Positions 47,871-61,075 of a stretch of DNA of 64,000 bases are shown in pieces. This stretch comes from Ostrea edulis. Its lineage: Eukaryota. A program made the translations under genes and the position numbers. The notes beneath the pieces are model-generated. The model did not search any database. It was not told the origin of the DNA and saw only the letters and a program-made list of their open reading frames with translations. Every line of letters begins with the position of its first letter. Within the stretch, counting starts at the first letter, position 1. The DNA lies in contig NC_079164.1 of assembly GCF_947568905.1 (NCBI RefSeq), positions 21,142,001 to 21,206,000 of the forward strand. Reading direction: 5' to 3'.

Positions 47871-50800
47871 ATGGCAAGCCCAGGAGTGAGGTGGACTGCT
47901 ATAGTTTTAACAACAGCCAATAAAGACTGGACATATGCATTTCAAAAGGGTGTGTATTTTTTCTTACTGAGTGTAAGATGTAATCATAAACAGCTGAACT
48001 ATTGTGTTTTGGTTGGTTTTAAAATAGATTTCATTTCTCAAGAGTTAGAAAATGAAAATGATTTTAAGGATAGGCAGGACACTGATACATCGATATATAT
48101 CATGTCAGATATTCCACACAAGTCATCGTAATGAAGGCTGTTTTCACTTTGTGTATTAGACATGGCTTACTATACTACTATGCAATATAGGCTGTGATGT
48201 CATAGCTTATTGCTTTACCATCTTGGTGCATTGTAATGTCTATGGAAATAGCATTGACCATGATGAACTCTGACCTTTTGCTTCCAGCATTAAAGAAAAT
48301 TCTTGTCAAAGCTGAAAATATATGCTAAACTATACCTTGTTTGTGAAATATGATAATAATGCAATTAACAAATTCAACAGAGTTGGAGCTTCGACAAGCT
48401 AAAGGTTACATTGGGAAAGATGTAATAGTATTAACTGTGGAGGATCCAAAATCATATGTGGGGAGCGGCGGTGCAACCATCAATGCTCTTGTGACCATAA
48501 CAGAATACATAAGTGCTCAACAGGGCCATTCAGTAAGTCTTAACAGAATACATAAGTGCTCAACAGGGCTATTCAGTAAGTCTTAACAGTATACATAAGT
48601 GCTCAACAGGGCCATTCAGTAAGTCTTAACAGAATACATAAGTGCTCAACAGGGCCATTCAGTAAGTCTTAACAGTATACATAAGTGCTCAACAGGGCCA
48701 TTCAGTAAGTCTTAACAGAATACATAAGTGCTCAACAGGGCCATTCAGTAAGTCTTAACAGTATACATAAGTGCTCAACAGGGCCATTCAGTAAGTCTTA
48801 ACAGAATACATAAGTGCTCAACAGGGCCATTCAGTAAGTCTTAACAGTATACATAAGTGCTCAACAGGGCCATTCAGTAAGTCTTAACAGAATACATTAG
48901 TGCTCAACAGGGCCATTCAGTAAGTCTTAACAGAATACATAAGTGCTCAACAGGGCCATTCAGTAAGTCTTTACTTGTACAACGAAAATCGACTGAGATG
49001 GATTAATTGTGTAAAAGTAGAAGTTTCTTAATCCTTAACTTATCATTTCATTACTCTGGTGAAGGAGCACACATGTAAAGGTAGATTGTTACTCTCTGTC
49101 TTTCTCAATCCTTAGCTGATAGTCTTGTCACTCCATACAAGAGCACACACGCAGCACTAAATCACTGTTTCCCATATTTCTTTCTATTCAGTGTGTTGTG
49201 GCTAAGTCAGGAAGAGCTTAATATGCTAGGGCCTATACCTCTGGCTTCAAAGTTCCATGTAATTTATTACACTTTTTTTGATATCCAAGCTGTTATATGC
49301 CCTGTCAATTCAATTCTTTATTAACTTTAGGCTATACAGCTAATCAGTTACATACGTCATTAATGACACAGTTGAAATCAGAAAATAAAGTACATACATA
49401 TGACGGAGAATACAATTACACATTTTGTTCTGGGACTTTCAATGCTAGGTGCATATATTTCCCAAGGTTACATATGTCTTTCAAGTTATTAATAGTAAAC
49501 AATAATTTACTGTACTAATTTAAACATAGAAGGTTTTTTCCAATAGTTTGACTTAATAAATCTTTTCCTTAAAATTGAGTACAAAGGATATGTAAAATGA
49601 GATGAAATTCATCTTCTATTAAATTCTTACAAAGTAAACATTTTCTATCAGATTTCTGAACATTACTATATCTCCTGGCTTCTATCGCTAAACAATGAGA
49701 TGAAAGTCGCAATCTTGCAATAAGTTTTTGGTAAATACAAGGAATAGGTTTTCTTAAATAATATTGCAGACTAAAATTATCTATCAAGTGCTTATATAAA
49801 AAACATTTTGAAGACCAAACTTGCATAGTAGAAGTCACACTCTATCAATGTACTCACTATGCTAGCATAATATGTTGATTATTGTCATAGATTTGAGTGC
49901 TGATCAGGTAATAGTGTTAGGATTAGGTTAATATTTTTGGACACCGTCACATTTTCAAGTAACATTAGGCCCTACTTAACCAAACTTGTATAAAGGAACC
50001 TACATCTAGTGATGTTAACCGAAAATAATTATACTTTTATATGATTGTACAGATTATTAGAATAATTATATTTGTATCATTTCTATGCTGGAGTTATCCA
50101 AAATTTATCATTACAAAGGAGTTCTAGATGATGTATATATAGATAGATACTGAAAGAAAAAAGAGTCTGGATATGCTAGAATAATTCAATTATGATTTCA
50201 TTCTGAAAATAATGTGGAAATAAATTTTTGTAGTGTTATGAAAATTTAAAAAAGAAAGTAATTAAAAATGATTTTTTGTAGGTAATCAGTGCAGAGGTTC
50301 TGGAGCAGTCAAAGATCCTAATATTACACAGTGTAAGTCATCAGTAGACTGGTTAATAGCAAGCAATATGTACAGTTATTACACAGTGTAAGTCATCAGT
50401 AGACTGGTTAATAGCAGGCAATACGTACAGTTATTACACAGTGTAAGTCATCAGTAGACTGGTTAATTGCAGGCAATATGTACAGTTATTACATGGTGTC
50501 AGTTATATGTAGACTATAAATGATCATGTTTAATAGTGCTACTTTTAAAGAGTACAAATATAAGGTTAAAAAGGGACCATTACTATAGCAACTTCTGCAG
50601 ACCAGTTGTGCAGGCACAAACTGTTGTGCTATTAGAATTAATCCAGTCAATATATAAACAATTACATTTTTAAAAACCTCTAACTAATATCTTGTTGGAA
50701 TAGTTTCATGGATAAACAAAGTGTAGAGGTAAAAATTCTGCTATATTGAATAAGCGAAAAGCACTCTTTTAGGTGTTTCAATTTCATATGAGATAAAGTG

Positions 50801-51628
50801 TGGATAAGGGGCATAACTCCTGCCAATTATGCTTAATTCCTGTTTGATTTTAGTGTAAACTGTATATTTTCTTCAACAATAAATTGATTGAAATATAAAA
50901 ATAATTATTGCAGCTTTTAACATTTTATTAGAATTGAAATCCAAGAAATAATTATTGTGTTTCCTATTTGAAATTAGATAAGCATGATTTTTGTAAAACC
51001 GATTTGCAAATTTTTGAATTTGTATGGACTATTTTTATTGGGATTTCTGTGAATAGAATAACATTTTCTCATATAAATGTATATCCTTTTTGAGATACGA
51101 ATGAAGCTAGCTTTGTTTTGATAACAGCCTATAATATTTGTAATGAAAATCTTTCTGGTGACTATTCAACATATTGCATATGAAATGGTCTTAGATAATT
51201 CCTTTGATACTTCTGTGGAAGAATATTCTCAGGTTTTACATTTTGAATATACCCCTTTTCAACAATATCCCCACAGTCTTGGCTGTATACAAAATTCTGC
51301 TGCATGAAGTAAGGGCATATTAGGTGATCGAGCTCACCGAGCTATGAAGAGAAAGATGTTTTCTTTGGGAAAATTATTCTAGGTCACTGATGAATGTTTG
51401 CTGGATTGACAAGACTAAATGTTCCACGCAATACATTAAAAGTACCTGAAAATATTGTTTTTTGTCATTTACTCAAGAGCAAAAATGGACATTATTGTAC
51501 CCTGATGCCATTCTCTCTGATAAAGCTATATACAAATGTTACTATAAATATTCATTTTTTTAGTTTCTGAAATAGCAGCATATTGTACTGATTTCACATT
51601 CAGCATTCCTAGAGAATAGGAGAGAAAA

Positions 51629-51682
<54 letters not shown>

Positions 51683-54600
51683 GGATGGGAGGAGGGAGTG
51701 TTGCACTGTGTAATTTATATCATTCAATAGGAAAGATGGGAGGAAGGAGTGTTACACAGTGTAATTTATATCATTCAATAGGAAGGATGGGAGGAGGGAG
51801 TGTTATACAGTGTAATTTATATCATTCAATAGGAAGGATGGGAGGAGGGAGTGTTGCACAGTGTAATTTATATCATTCAATAGGAAGGATGGGAGGAGGG
51901 AGTGTTGCACAGTGTAATTTATATCATTCAATTGTATGCGAGGAAATATTTAAAGATGGTCTTATAATGATTATGCCTGTTAAGAAATTAATTATAATAA
52001 CAATGTGAATTTTTGATTTGATGCATGCTATCTGTTGAGTAGGGTCGGCAGTATCCATATGACCAATGTGGGCGGGCTTTTGTGACTCTCCCGGCTGAGT
52101 ATGTTACGCCTGAATACGATGGATTGATCTGCAACATAGATATCCTCATCAAGAACATCACTGAAAAGGCAAGGAAAAAGAAACACTTGTTGAAATTATG
52201 ATAACAGATATCACAACATTAACTTAATGCTGGTTGAGTATAAGTTTTGATTGCCACACTGTGGTACTAGGAATTGATTGACTGATTATGTGCTGAACAG
52301 TGTACAGTGAAACATGCTTATGATGAATTCACACTTATTGCAATGTTATATATGTTCCCTTTTATGAGAGGAAAATAATGACAATTATATTGGATATAAT
52401 GAAGTTTGATTACAACGAACTGTTTTTCACTGGCTTTAGAGGTTTGCTATAACCATGTTTTACTGTATTCTGATGTTGACAATTTGAAATACTAATTGTG
52501 TTGCTGTTGTCTATCTAGCTGGCAGTGAAGTCGGGACCGGGACTGTGGGTCAGCAGTACTGACATGATTTTATCATTTCCAAAAGCTTGTGGTCAGTATC
52601 ACCATAACACTTCAGTGGAAGTGCTAAACAGAAAGTTCAGAAGAGAAAGTAGAAAGTGCAGAAGAATAAGGGCAGAGGTCATATGACCAGCAGAAAGTGT
52701 TGCACAGACAAATGAAAGAAAACAGCGATAAAATATGGCAATACATGTTGCTATCATTCTTACCACTTTTATAATATATTCAAATCATCCAAATCCTTGA
52801 CATAACTCACAAAAATTCCAGAAAAGCATGTCAATACGATAGATACATTCAAAATAAACAGTGATTCTGTTTTATAACAAAAACTTCTCGATCAATTGCA
52901 CTTTTTATTGTTATCTTTTGACAGTATTGATTTTTTTATATTTTAATGATATTTGCATCTCTACATACTGAAAAATCGCATTTACTTATGTTATAAGCCA
53001 TTTTTTATAAGTGGTGAGAAACTCTCCAGTCTTCTAAAACCACTACATTTGGTGTATGCTGGTAGGCCAAAAACAAGAAAAAAGGTGTCACGCTGGGATA
53101 TCGAGGTCAACATGCACATTCGGCGTATGCTGGTTTGACAAATGAAGTTGGCCCTTAGGGAAAGTAGAAAGTGGAAGAGAAAGTAGAAAATGGAAGAGAA
53201 AGTAGGAAGTTCAGTAGAGAAAGTACAAAGTGCCGGCGAGAAATTAGAGAAAGCATACATGTGATATCTTGTGCTTCATGTGTGAGTCTTGTGTTTTACA
53301 AGCCCATCTCACACTCTCATGCGTGGGTAATGAATTCTCATACTTTCCAAAATTTTCATTTAAAAAACCCCAAAAGGCTATCGCTATGTGTCTTTAAAAT
53401 TGTCACGTTTCGTATGAACTAAATCTAATAGTAAGAAGCCATAAACACGTCCCAGTCATCCACAGGTAATCTACTATGGATATCATAGCCAATATTGTCA
53501 ATTATTGTAATTACCAAAGTGTGATTAAACAATTCATGGCATGTTTTGAAAATACTTGTCACCTTATTCAAATTTTCTGCCATGCTGCAAAGTGATCTAA
53601 TCTCAATCCCTGTATGTTTAAAGGGCTAGCAAATCAAGGAAATATTGACGATAGGTCAATTTACAATGGTGCCTCACTTTAGTTTATGAAATAAGATCAC
53701 ACTGGTTGCAAAAGATGATAAGAAAGTGAAATGATTGATGCAAAAAAAAAACAACTCACAACCCATCAGCCTGAAAAGTAAAAAAAACAAAAAAAAAAAC
53801 AATCAAACAAAAATATTTTAAAAATGCTTAATATTTTAGACACTGATCAAATATTTAAAAAATTGTAATTATTAAATTGATTAATAAACAGTATTAGAAT
53901 AATTAGTTTAGACAGAATTTACATGGTTTGCAGAAATAGTATGATTGATTAATTTTCGATTGAAATAAAAAAGGTTTTAATTAGCTTTTGGTGTATTCAG
54001 ATAAAGGGCATGGCAAGCTGTCGGTAATTATTGATTGGTGTGGGGCCTGTGTGATAAAAAAGCCAACCTGTCAAAGCTGATCAGAACTTAAATCACTTTC
54101 CTACAGAGAAAAGCCAAAATGTGTTTGTTTTTGAAAAGGAGAATCATACATACATGAGTATTGCACAGGAAATTTTTCAAAATTTTCATTGTTACAATGT
54201 CAATAAAAATCTTATTCCATGATCCCCAAATATCACCTTTGAATGAACAAAATCTCACCCTTTACCTCAGTGAATTCACATGTATGAAAATAAGAAAGGG
54301 TAAAAATAAATGAATGAGATGAATAGAAAGGATGGCCAAAAGTTTCCCAGTATGTAGTATTACAAAGTACATAAACATCTGACAAATAAATATGTTATTT
54401 TCACCTACAGTAAAACAAGGTTATGGCAAACCCACAGGACCTATTCTAACTCGGATCCCCACGGGCTAGTCGCAGTGGAAAATGATTTCAGTCTAATTTG
54501 AATTTGCTTTAAATTATTTATTTCAACTTGGTTAACAAAAACTTTTTAAATTTGCCTACTTTTGATTTCACTTATTGAGGTTGAGGTAGAAATGGTGGAA

Positions 54601-56090
54601 ATAAAACCTAGTGTATTTTATTTGGTGTTTTGTAGACATTCCGTGGAAGAATTGTGATGCTTGCGCCATCACTGTCCCTGCCACACCCCAATACTGTAAG
54701 CATCATGGTGTGTATAAAATTGATAAAGAGGTAAGAAATCTGATTAGTCTATCTTAGCAGTTGAAAATTTAAAAAAAACCTGTTTACAGTAGTGATGAAA
54801 TATTATTTAGCAATGCAGGTAGATTGCTTAACAATACCATTTCAACTGTTAATGATGTTAATGATAAATTTTATCATTAAGCATAGCCATTGCTGTAAAA
54901 GCATTACACCTTATGAAACATTTTATATTTCATATCTTCAATGAAATGTGTAGGCTAATGTACAATTGTGTAGGCTACATGTATGTACAATGAAATGTGT
55001 AGGCTGATGTACAATTGTGTAGGCTATATGTACAATGAAATGTGTAGGCTGATGTACATTGGTTTTCCATTTGTTTTTTCTATTTTCTGTTTACAGGGCT
55101 ATGTAGAAAATATTCTCTATCAAAAAGATGTGGGCAGTTTGGAGTGTTGTGAAATTAAGGATGGAAAAGTTCCCGTGGTGGGTAGACAGTTGTATCGAGT
55201 GCATTGATTGCGTGATATTCATGTAACATACAGCTGTTTAATTCCCGTTATCTCTGTTCAATACTTTGAATATTGAAACGCAGAAGAATTTGGGTGAAAT
55301 GTCTGTCAGTCCATCAGCTCTTTCTATGGCACATGACAACTTAAGTTTCTTTGGAAAGATTATCGTAAATTTATACATAATGCTGTAGAAGTGTTTATTT
55401 ACACTGGGGTTAAGTACGTGATTTTCCATGTCCAACATTACGCATGGGGGGAAAAATATGCAGTATTGAATATAATATAAATCGTATCAATTATTTATAA
55501 CTATATGCGTGCGGGAAATTTACATGCTTATTATGTGACCGCGTAATTAGTGTACATTTCCCCCACACGTAAATAACCACTTTTATTTTTTCTTTTGGAT
55601 ATGACCTTAAAAACAGAGATCCCATGTCACATTAAAGAACCCTCACTGATATGGCCCTGACTGATATGGCCCTGAGCACTAAGCATTAGGTCGAAATTTG
55701 TGGTACTTCATCTTCAGCTGGTGACATCTCAATATAAGTGAAAAATAACAAACTTTTCTTCTACATAATGTCCATTGTCATTAGCTGTTTGATACATGTG
55801 CTTTTTTTATAGATGCATTTGTCATCCTACATTCCATTTTTTTCTTGATTTTATGCTTAAGTTTTATACCATGTAAAACAGGTTAAAACATGACATTATT
55901 TGAACAATTGTGTTTAATGTATGTAATCAGCACGATGTATATCTTATTTTAAAGTTTGTTCTCTTTTCAGGTCTGTTCTGTGGTTTTCTTTAATTACCTC
56001 ATTGCTCAGAAGTTACTGGCCTTCCATGTCAAGCCCCCGCTGGACGCCTGTACGTACATGGGCTTGGACAGTGGAGAGCCCCCTATACAG
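47871..56090 (+). CDS. FCSK: L-fucose kinase, first 8 coding exons (gene presumably continues beyond the window)
   Basis: Exons 47871-47949 ([14 protein letters not shown]), 48381-48532 ([24 protein letters not shown]), 50282-50332, 52043-52168 ([15 protein letters not shown] donor), 52519-52591 ([11 protein letters not shown]), 54636-54730 (HHGVY), 55097-55177 and 55971-56090 ([14 protein letters not shown]). Colinear with the vertebrate FUK N-terminus; all phases fit. Confidence 0.93.
48501..48970 (+). repeat. 11 x 43 bp tandem repeat spanning the FCSK exon 2 donor
   Basis: Unit CAGAATACATAAGTGCTCAACAGGGCCATTCA|GTAAGTCTTAA. Confidence 0.95.
49500..49860 (-). mobile_element. 5'-truncated LINE fragment (CR1/L2-group ORF2 C-terminus)
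   Basis: [29 protein letters not shown], the C-terminal Zn-binding motif typical of these LINEs. Confidence 0.75.
50323..50510 (+). repeat. ~3.3 x 55 bp tandem repeat spanning the FCSK exon 3 donor
   Basis: Unit ATTACACAGT|GTAAGTCATCAGTAGACTGGTTAATAGCAAGCAATATGTACAGTT. Confidence 0.9.
51630..51930. repeat. (GA)n microsatellite followed by ~5 x 51 bp tandem repeat
   Basis: Unit GATGGGAGGAGGGAGTGTTGCACAGTGTAATTTATATCATTCAATAGGAAG; explains ORF 51685-52008. Confidence 0.9.
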
Positions 56091-56387
56091 GTCAGTTACA
56101 CAGTGTCTGTTCAGAGACTTCCTACAGTAATCTTTAATTATGTAGTCAGATTACACAGTGTCTGTTCAGAGATTTCACACCGTAATTTTTAATTATGTAG
56201 TCAGATTTGTTACTGTCGGAATCAGTCATGAAAACTGTAAATGAAAGAGAAGCAGAGTTATGAATGTGTTTTGATTGATGTCGAAGTACCATCACCCAGA
56301 AATGTGTAGATTTTTCATCTGATATGTACATGTAGATCTGTATTTATTATTGTGTATCAAATCTGACAGCTCTGTTGTTGAGAAACA

Positions 56388-56919
56388 CAGGGCTCAACAT
56401 TAACTTTTTTTCCTACTTGTCCATTCGGACAAGGGACAAAGATATTTACTTGTCCGAACTTCAATTTCACTTGTCCGAAAAAAAAATCAAAAATGATCTA
56501 ATATTGTCAACTTGAAAACTGTATTTAATTTACTTAAGATATAGTCCACTTTTATACCTGCTTGATTGATTTTTGATCTTATTCTCTTGATAAAAACAAC
56601 AAACAAATAAAACAAAATTTTATCCAGACTTCCTATCTTGAATCAATGACTTCATAAAGTAGTACGTAATAAGTGAACACCGATCCCGATCGAGTGTGAT
56701 CAGCTAGTTTACATAGCGATTGATATTGGGATCGAAGTTCATTTTTCATGTATTACTTCCGACTCTGAACTACCGATAAACTTTTCACCAAATTGTTTGG
56801 AGACTTTTTTACATAAAAAAGCACTTGTCCAATCGGACAAGTGCCCATCAATACTCACTTGTCCAAAATGTTTTTCCACTGGTACCAGACAAGCGGACAA
56901 ACGTTAATGTTGACCCCTG
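56388..56919. mobile_element. 532 bp non-autonomous DNA transposon, CAG termini, 5 bp TSD (AAACA)
   Basis: TIRs CAGGGCTCAACATTAAC / GTTAATGTTGACCCCTG; subterminal CTTGTCC/GGACAAG repeats; AAACA at 56383-56387 and 56920-56924. Confidence 0.82.
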
Positions 56920-57109
56920 AAACATGATATGTATTTTACTTCTTATAAAGAAAAGCTTCACAAATTTAATTAACCAGCAAAACTGCTGAAAAATATCAAC
57001 AGCAAAAAGAGATTTGCAGTATTTTTATAACAGAGACACCTAGCATATGGATGTGCTCAATACATAGAAATAAAACGATAAAAACAGAGACATTGTGCTG
57101 AATAGTGAT

Positions 57110-60100
57110 AGAAAAATAGAACAGGAGTGGTGCTCAACATAGAGATAGAGAGAACAAAGACATTGTGCTCAATACATAGAGATAGAGAGAACAAAGACAT
57201 TGTGCTCAATACATAGAGATAGAGAGAACAAAGACATTGTGCTCAATACATAGAGATAGAGAGAACAAAGACATTGTGTTCAATACATAGAGATGGAGAA
57301 AACAGACATTGTGTTCAATACATAGAGATGGAGAGAACAGACATTGTGTTCAATACATAGAGATGGAGAGAACAGACATTGTGTTCAATACATAGAGATG
57401 GAGAGAACAAAGACATTGTGTTCAATACATAGAGATAGAGAGAACAAAGACATTGTGTTCAATACATAGAGATAGAGAAAACAGACATTGTGTTCAATAC
57501 ATAGAGATAGAGAAAACAGACATTGTGTTCAATACATAGAGATGGAGAGAACAGACATTGTGTTCAATACATAGAGATGGAGAGAACAGACATTGTGTTC
57601 AATACATAGAGATGGAGAGAACAAAGACATTGTGTTCAATACATAGAGATAGAGAGAACAAAGACATTGTGTTCAATACATAGAGATAGAGAAAACAGAC
57701 ATTGTGTTCAATACATAGAGATAGAGAAAACAGACATTGTGTTCAATACATAGAGATGGAGAGAACAGACATTGTGTTCAATACATAGAGATAGAGAAAA
57801 CAGACATTGTGTTCAATACATAGAGATAGAGAAAACAGACATTGTGTTCAATACATAGAGATAGAGAAAACAGACATTGTGTTCAATACATAGAGATAGA
57901 GAGAACAGACATTGTGTTCAATACATAGAGATAGAGAGAACAAAGGCATTGCATTCAATATATAGAGATAGAGAAAACAGACATTGTGTTCAATACATAG
58001 AGATAGAGAGAACAGACATTGTGTTCAATACATAGAGATAGAGAGAACAAAGGCATTGCATTCAATATATAGAGATAGAGAAAACAGACATTGTGTTCAA
58101 TACATAGAGATAGAGAGAACAGACATTGTGTTCAATACATAGAGATAGAGAGAACAAAGGCATTGCATTCAATATATAGAGATAGAGAAAACAGACATTG
58201 TGTTCAATACATAGAGATAGAGAGAACAGACATTGTGTTCAATATATAGAGATAGAGAGAACAAAGGCATTGCATTCAATATATAGAGATAGAGAAAACA
58301 GACATTGTGTTCAATACATAGAGATAGAGAAAACAGACATTGTGTTCAATACATAGAGATAGAGAGAACAGACATTGTGTTCAATACATAGAGATAGAGA
58401 GAACAAAGGCATTGCATTCAATATATAGAGATAGAGAAAACAGACATTGTGTTCAATACATAGAGATAGAGAGAACAGACATTGTGTTCAATACATAGAG
58501 ATAGAGAGAACAAAGGCATTGCATTCAATATATAGAGATAGAGAAAACAGACATTGTGTTCAATACATAGAGATAGAGAGAACAGACATTGTGTTCAATA
58601 CATAGAGATAGAGAGAACAAAGGCATTGCATTCAATATATAGAGATAGAGAAAACAGACATTGTGTTCAATACATAGAGATAGAGAGAACAGACATTGTG
58701 TTCAATACATAGAGATAGAGAGAACAAAGGCATTGCATTCAATATATAGAGATAGAGAAAACAGACATTGTGTTCAATACATAGAGATAGAGAGAACAGA
58801 CATTGTGTTCAATATATAGAGATAGAGAGAACAAAGGCATTGCATTCAATATATAGAGATAGAGAGAACAGACATTGTGTTCAATATATAGAGATAGAGA
58901 GAACAAAGGCATTGCATTCAATATATAGAGATAGAGAAAACAGACATTGTGTTCAATACATAGAGATAGAGAGAACAGACATTGTGTTCAATACATAGAG
59001 ATAGAGAGAACAAAGGCATTGCATTCAATATATAGAGATAGAGAGAACAGACATTGTGTTCAATATATAGAGATAGAGAGAACAGACATTGTGTTCAATA
59101 CATAGAGATAGAGAGAACAGACATTGTGTTCAATACATAGAGATAGAGAGAACAAAGGCATTGCATTCAATATATAGAGATAGAGAGAACAGACATTGCA
59201 TTCAATATATAGAGATAGAGAGAACAGACATTGTGTTCAATATATAGAGATAGAGAGAACAAAGGCATTGCATTCAATATATAGAGATAGAGAAAACAGA
59301 CATTGTGTTCAATACATAGAGATAGAGAGAACAGACATTGTGTTCAATACATAGAGATAGAGAGAACAAAGGCATTGCATTCAATATATAGAGATAGAGA
59401 GAACAGACATTGTGTTCAATATATAGAGATAGAGAGAACAGACATTGTGTTCAATACATAGAGATAGAGAGAACAGACATTGTGTTCAATACATAGAGAT
59501 AGAGAGAACAAAGGCATTGCATTCAATATATAGAGATAGAGAGAACAGACATTGTGTTCAATATATAGAGATAGAGAGAACAGACATTGTGTTCAATACA
59601 TAGAGATAGAGAGAACAGACATTGTGTTCAATACATAGAGATAGAGAGAACAAAGGCATTGCATTCAATATATAGAGATAGAGAGAACAGACATTGTGTT
59701 CAATATATAGAGATAGAGAGAACAGACATTGTGTTCAATACATAGAGATAGAGAGAACAGACATTGTGTTCAATACATAGAGATAGAGAGAACAAAGGCA
59801 TTGCATTCAATATATAGAGATAGAGAGAACAGACATTGTGTTCAATATATAGAGATAGAGAGAACAGACATTGTGTTCAATACATAGAGATAGAGAGAAC
59901 AGACATTGTGTTCAATACATAGAGATAGAGAGAACAAAGGCATTGCATTCAATATATAGAGATAGAGAGAACAGACATTGTGTTCAATACATAGAGATAG
60001 AGAGAACAGACATTGTGTTCAATACATAGAGATAGAGAGAACAGACATTGTGTTCAATACATAGAGATAGAGAGAACAGACATTGTGTTCAATACATAGA

Positions 60101-60380
60101 GATAGAGAGAACAGACATTGCATTCAATATATAGAGATGGAGAGAACAGACATTGCATTCAATATATAGAGATGGAGAGAACAGACATTGCATTCAATAT
60201 ATAGAGATGGAGAGAACAGACATTGCATTCAATATATAGAGATGGAGAGAACAGACATTGCATTCAATATATAGAGATGGAGAGAACAGACATTGCATTC
60301 AATATATAGAGATGGAGAGAACAGACATTGCATTCAATATATAGAGATGGAGAGAACAGACATTGCATTCAATATATAGA
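57110..60380. repeat. 3.3 kb satellite, 35-37 bp unit AACAGACATTGTGTTCAATACATAGAGATAGAGAG, with higher-order structure
   Basis: Direct reading; degenerate monomers flank both ends. Confidence 0.97.
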
Positions 60381-60994
60381 TTTAGCAAGATAGAACAAAT
60401 GAATGGTGCTTAAACAGATGAATAGTGCTCAATACTTAGAGATAGAAAGATAAGACAAAGGAATAGTGTTAAGTACATAGAGATAGAAAGATACCTGTAG
60501 GACAGAGGAATGATGGACAGAACATAGATAGATAGATAGATAGATAGATAGGACAGATGCACTGTGCTCAATACCAGAGACATATATACCATATTTATGG
60601 TGGATCGTATGGCTCTGTCATTATAGTGATAGAAAGATAGAACAGAGGAATGGTGCTCAATACATAGAGATAGAACAGAGAAATACCTTTATTCTATCTT
60701 TCTATCACTATGTACTGAACATCATGCCTCTAGAACTGTCAGGAAAAATGCTTTAAGTATATGGCCTTAGATGGTAGAATTGTGTGATAGATGGTGAATC
60801 TATACTGGATATTTTGCCGTTGATAAGGAGATTGGGTGTTGTGTGGGATGATGCCAGTCTTTTTAGTACAGGTCAGAGTTAAGTAAACCATGCTATCTTC
60901 CTAACCCCTTCTCAAGCATCATGAACAGAATGCCCGAATTGCCTCTGTCAACCATGTGTTTTTGCAGAAAGCAGTAGACAGTCCTGTGGTGGCT

Positions 60995-61000
60995 CAATAT

Positions 61001-61034
<34 letters not shown>

Positions 61035-61035
61035 T

Positions 61036-61075
<40 letters not shown>

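Noticed and set aside
60720-60960. Possible next FCSK exon
   Set aside because: No frame resembles the expected LSLFFD-type continuation; exon 9 probably lies beyond the window.
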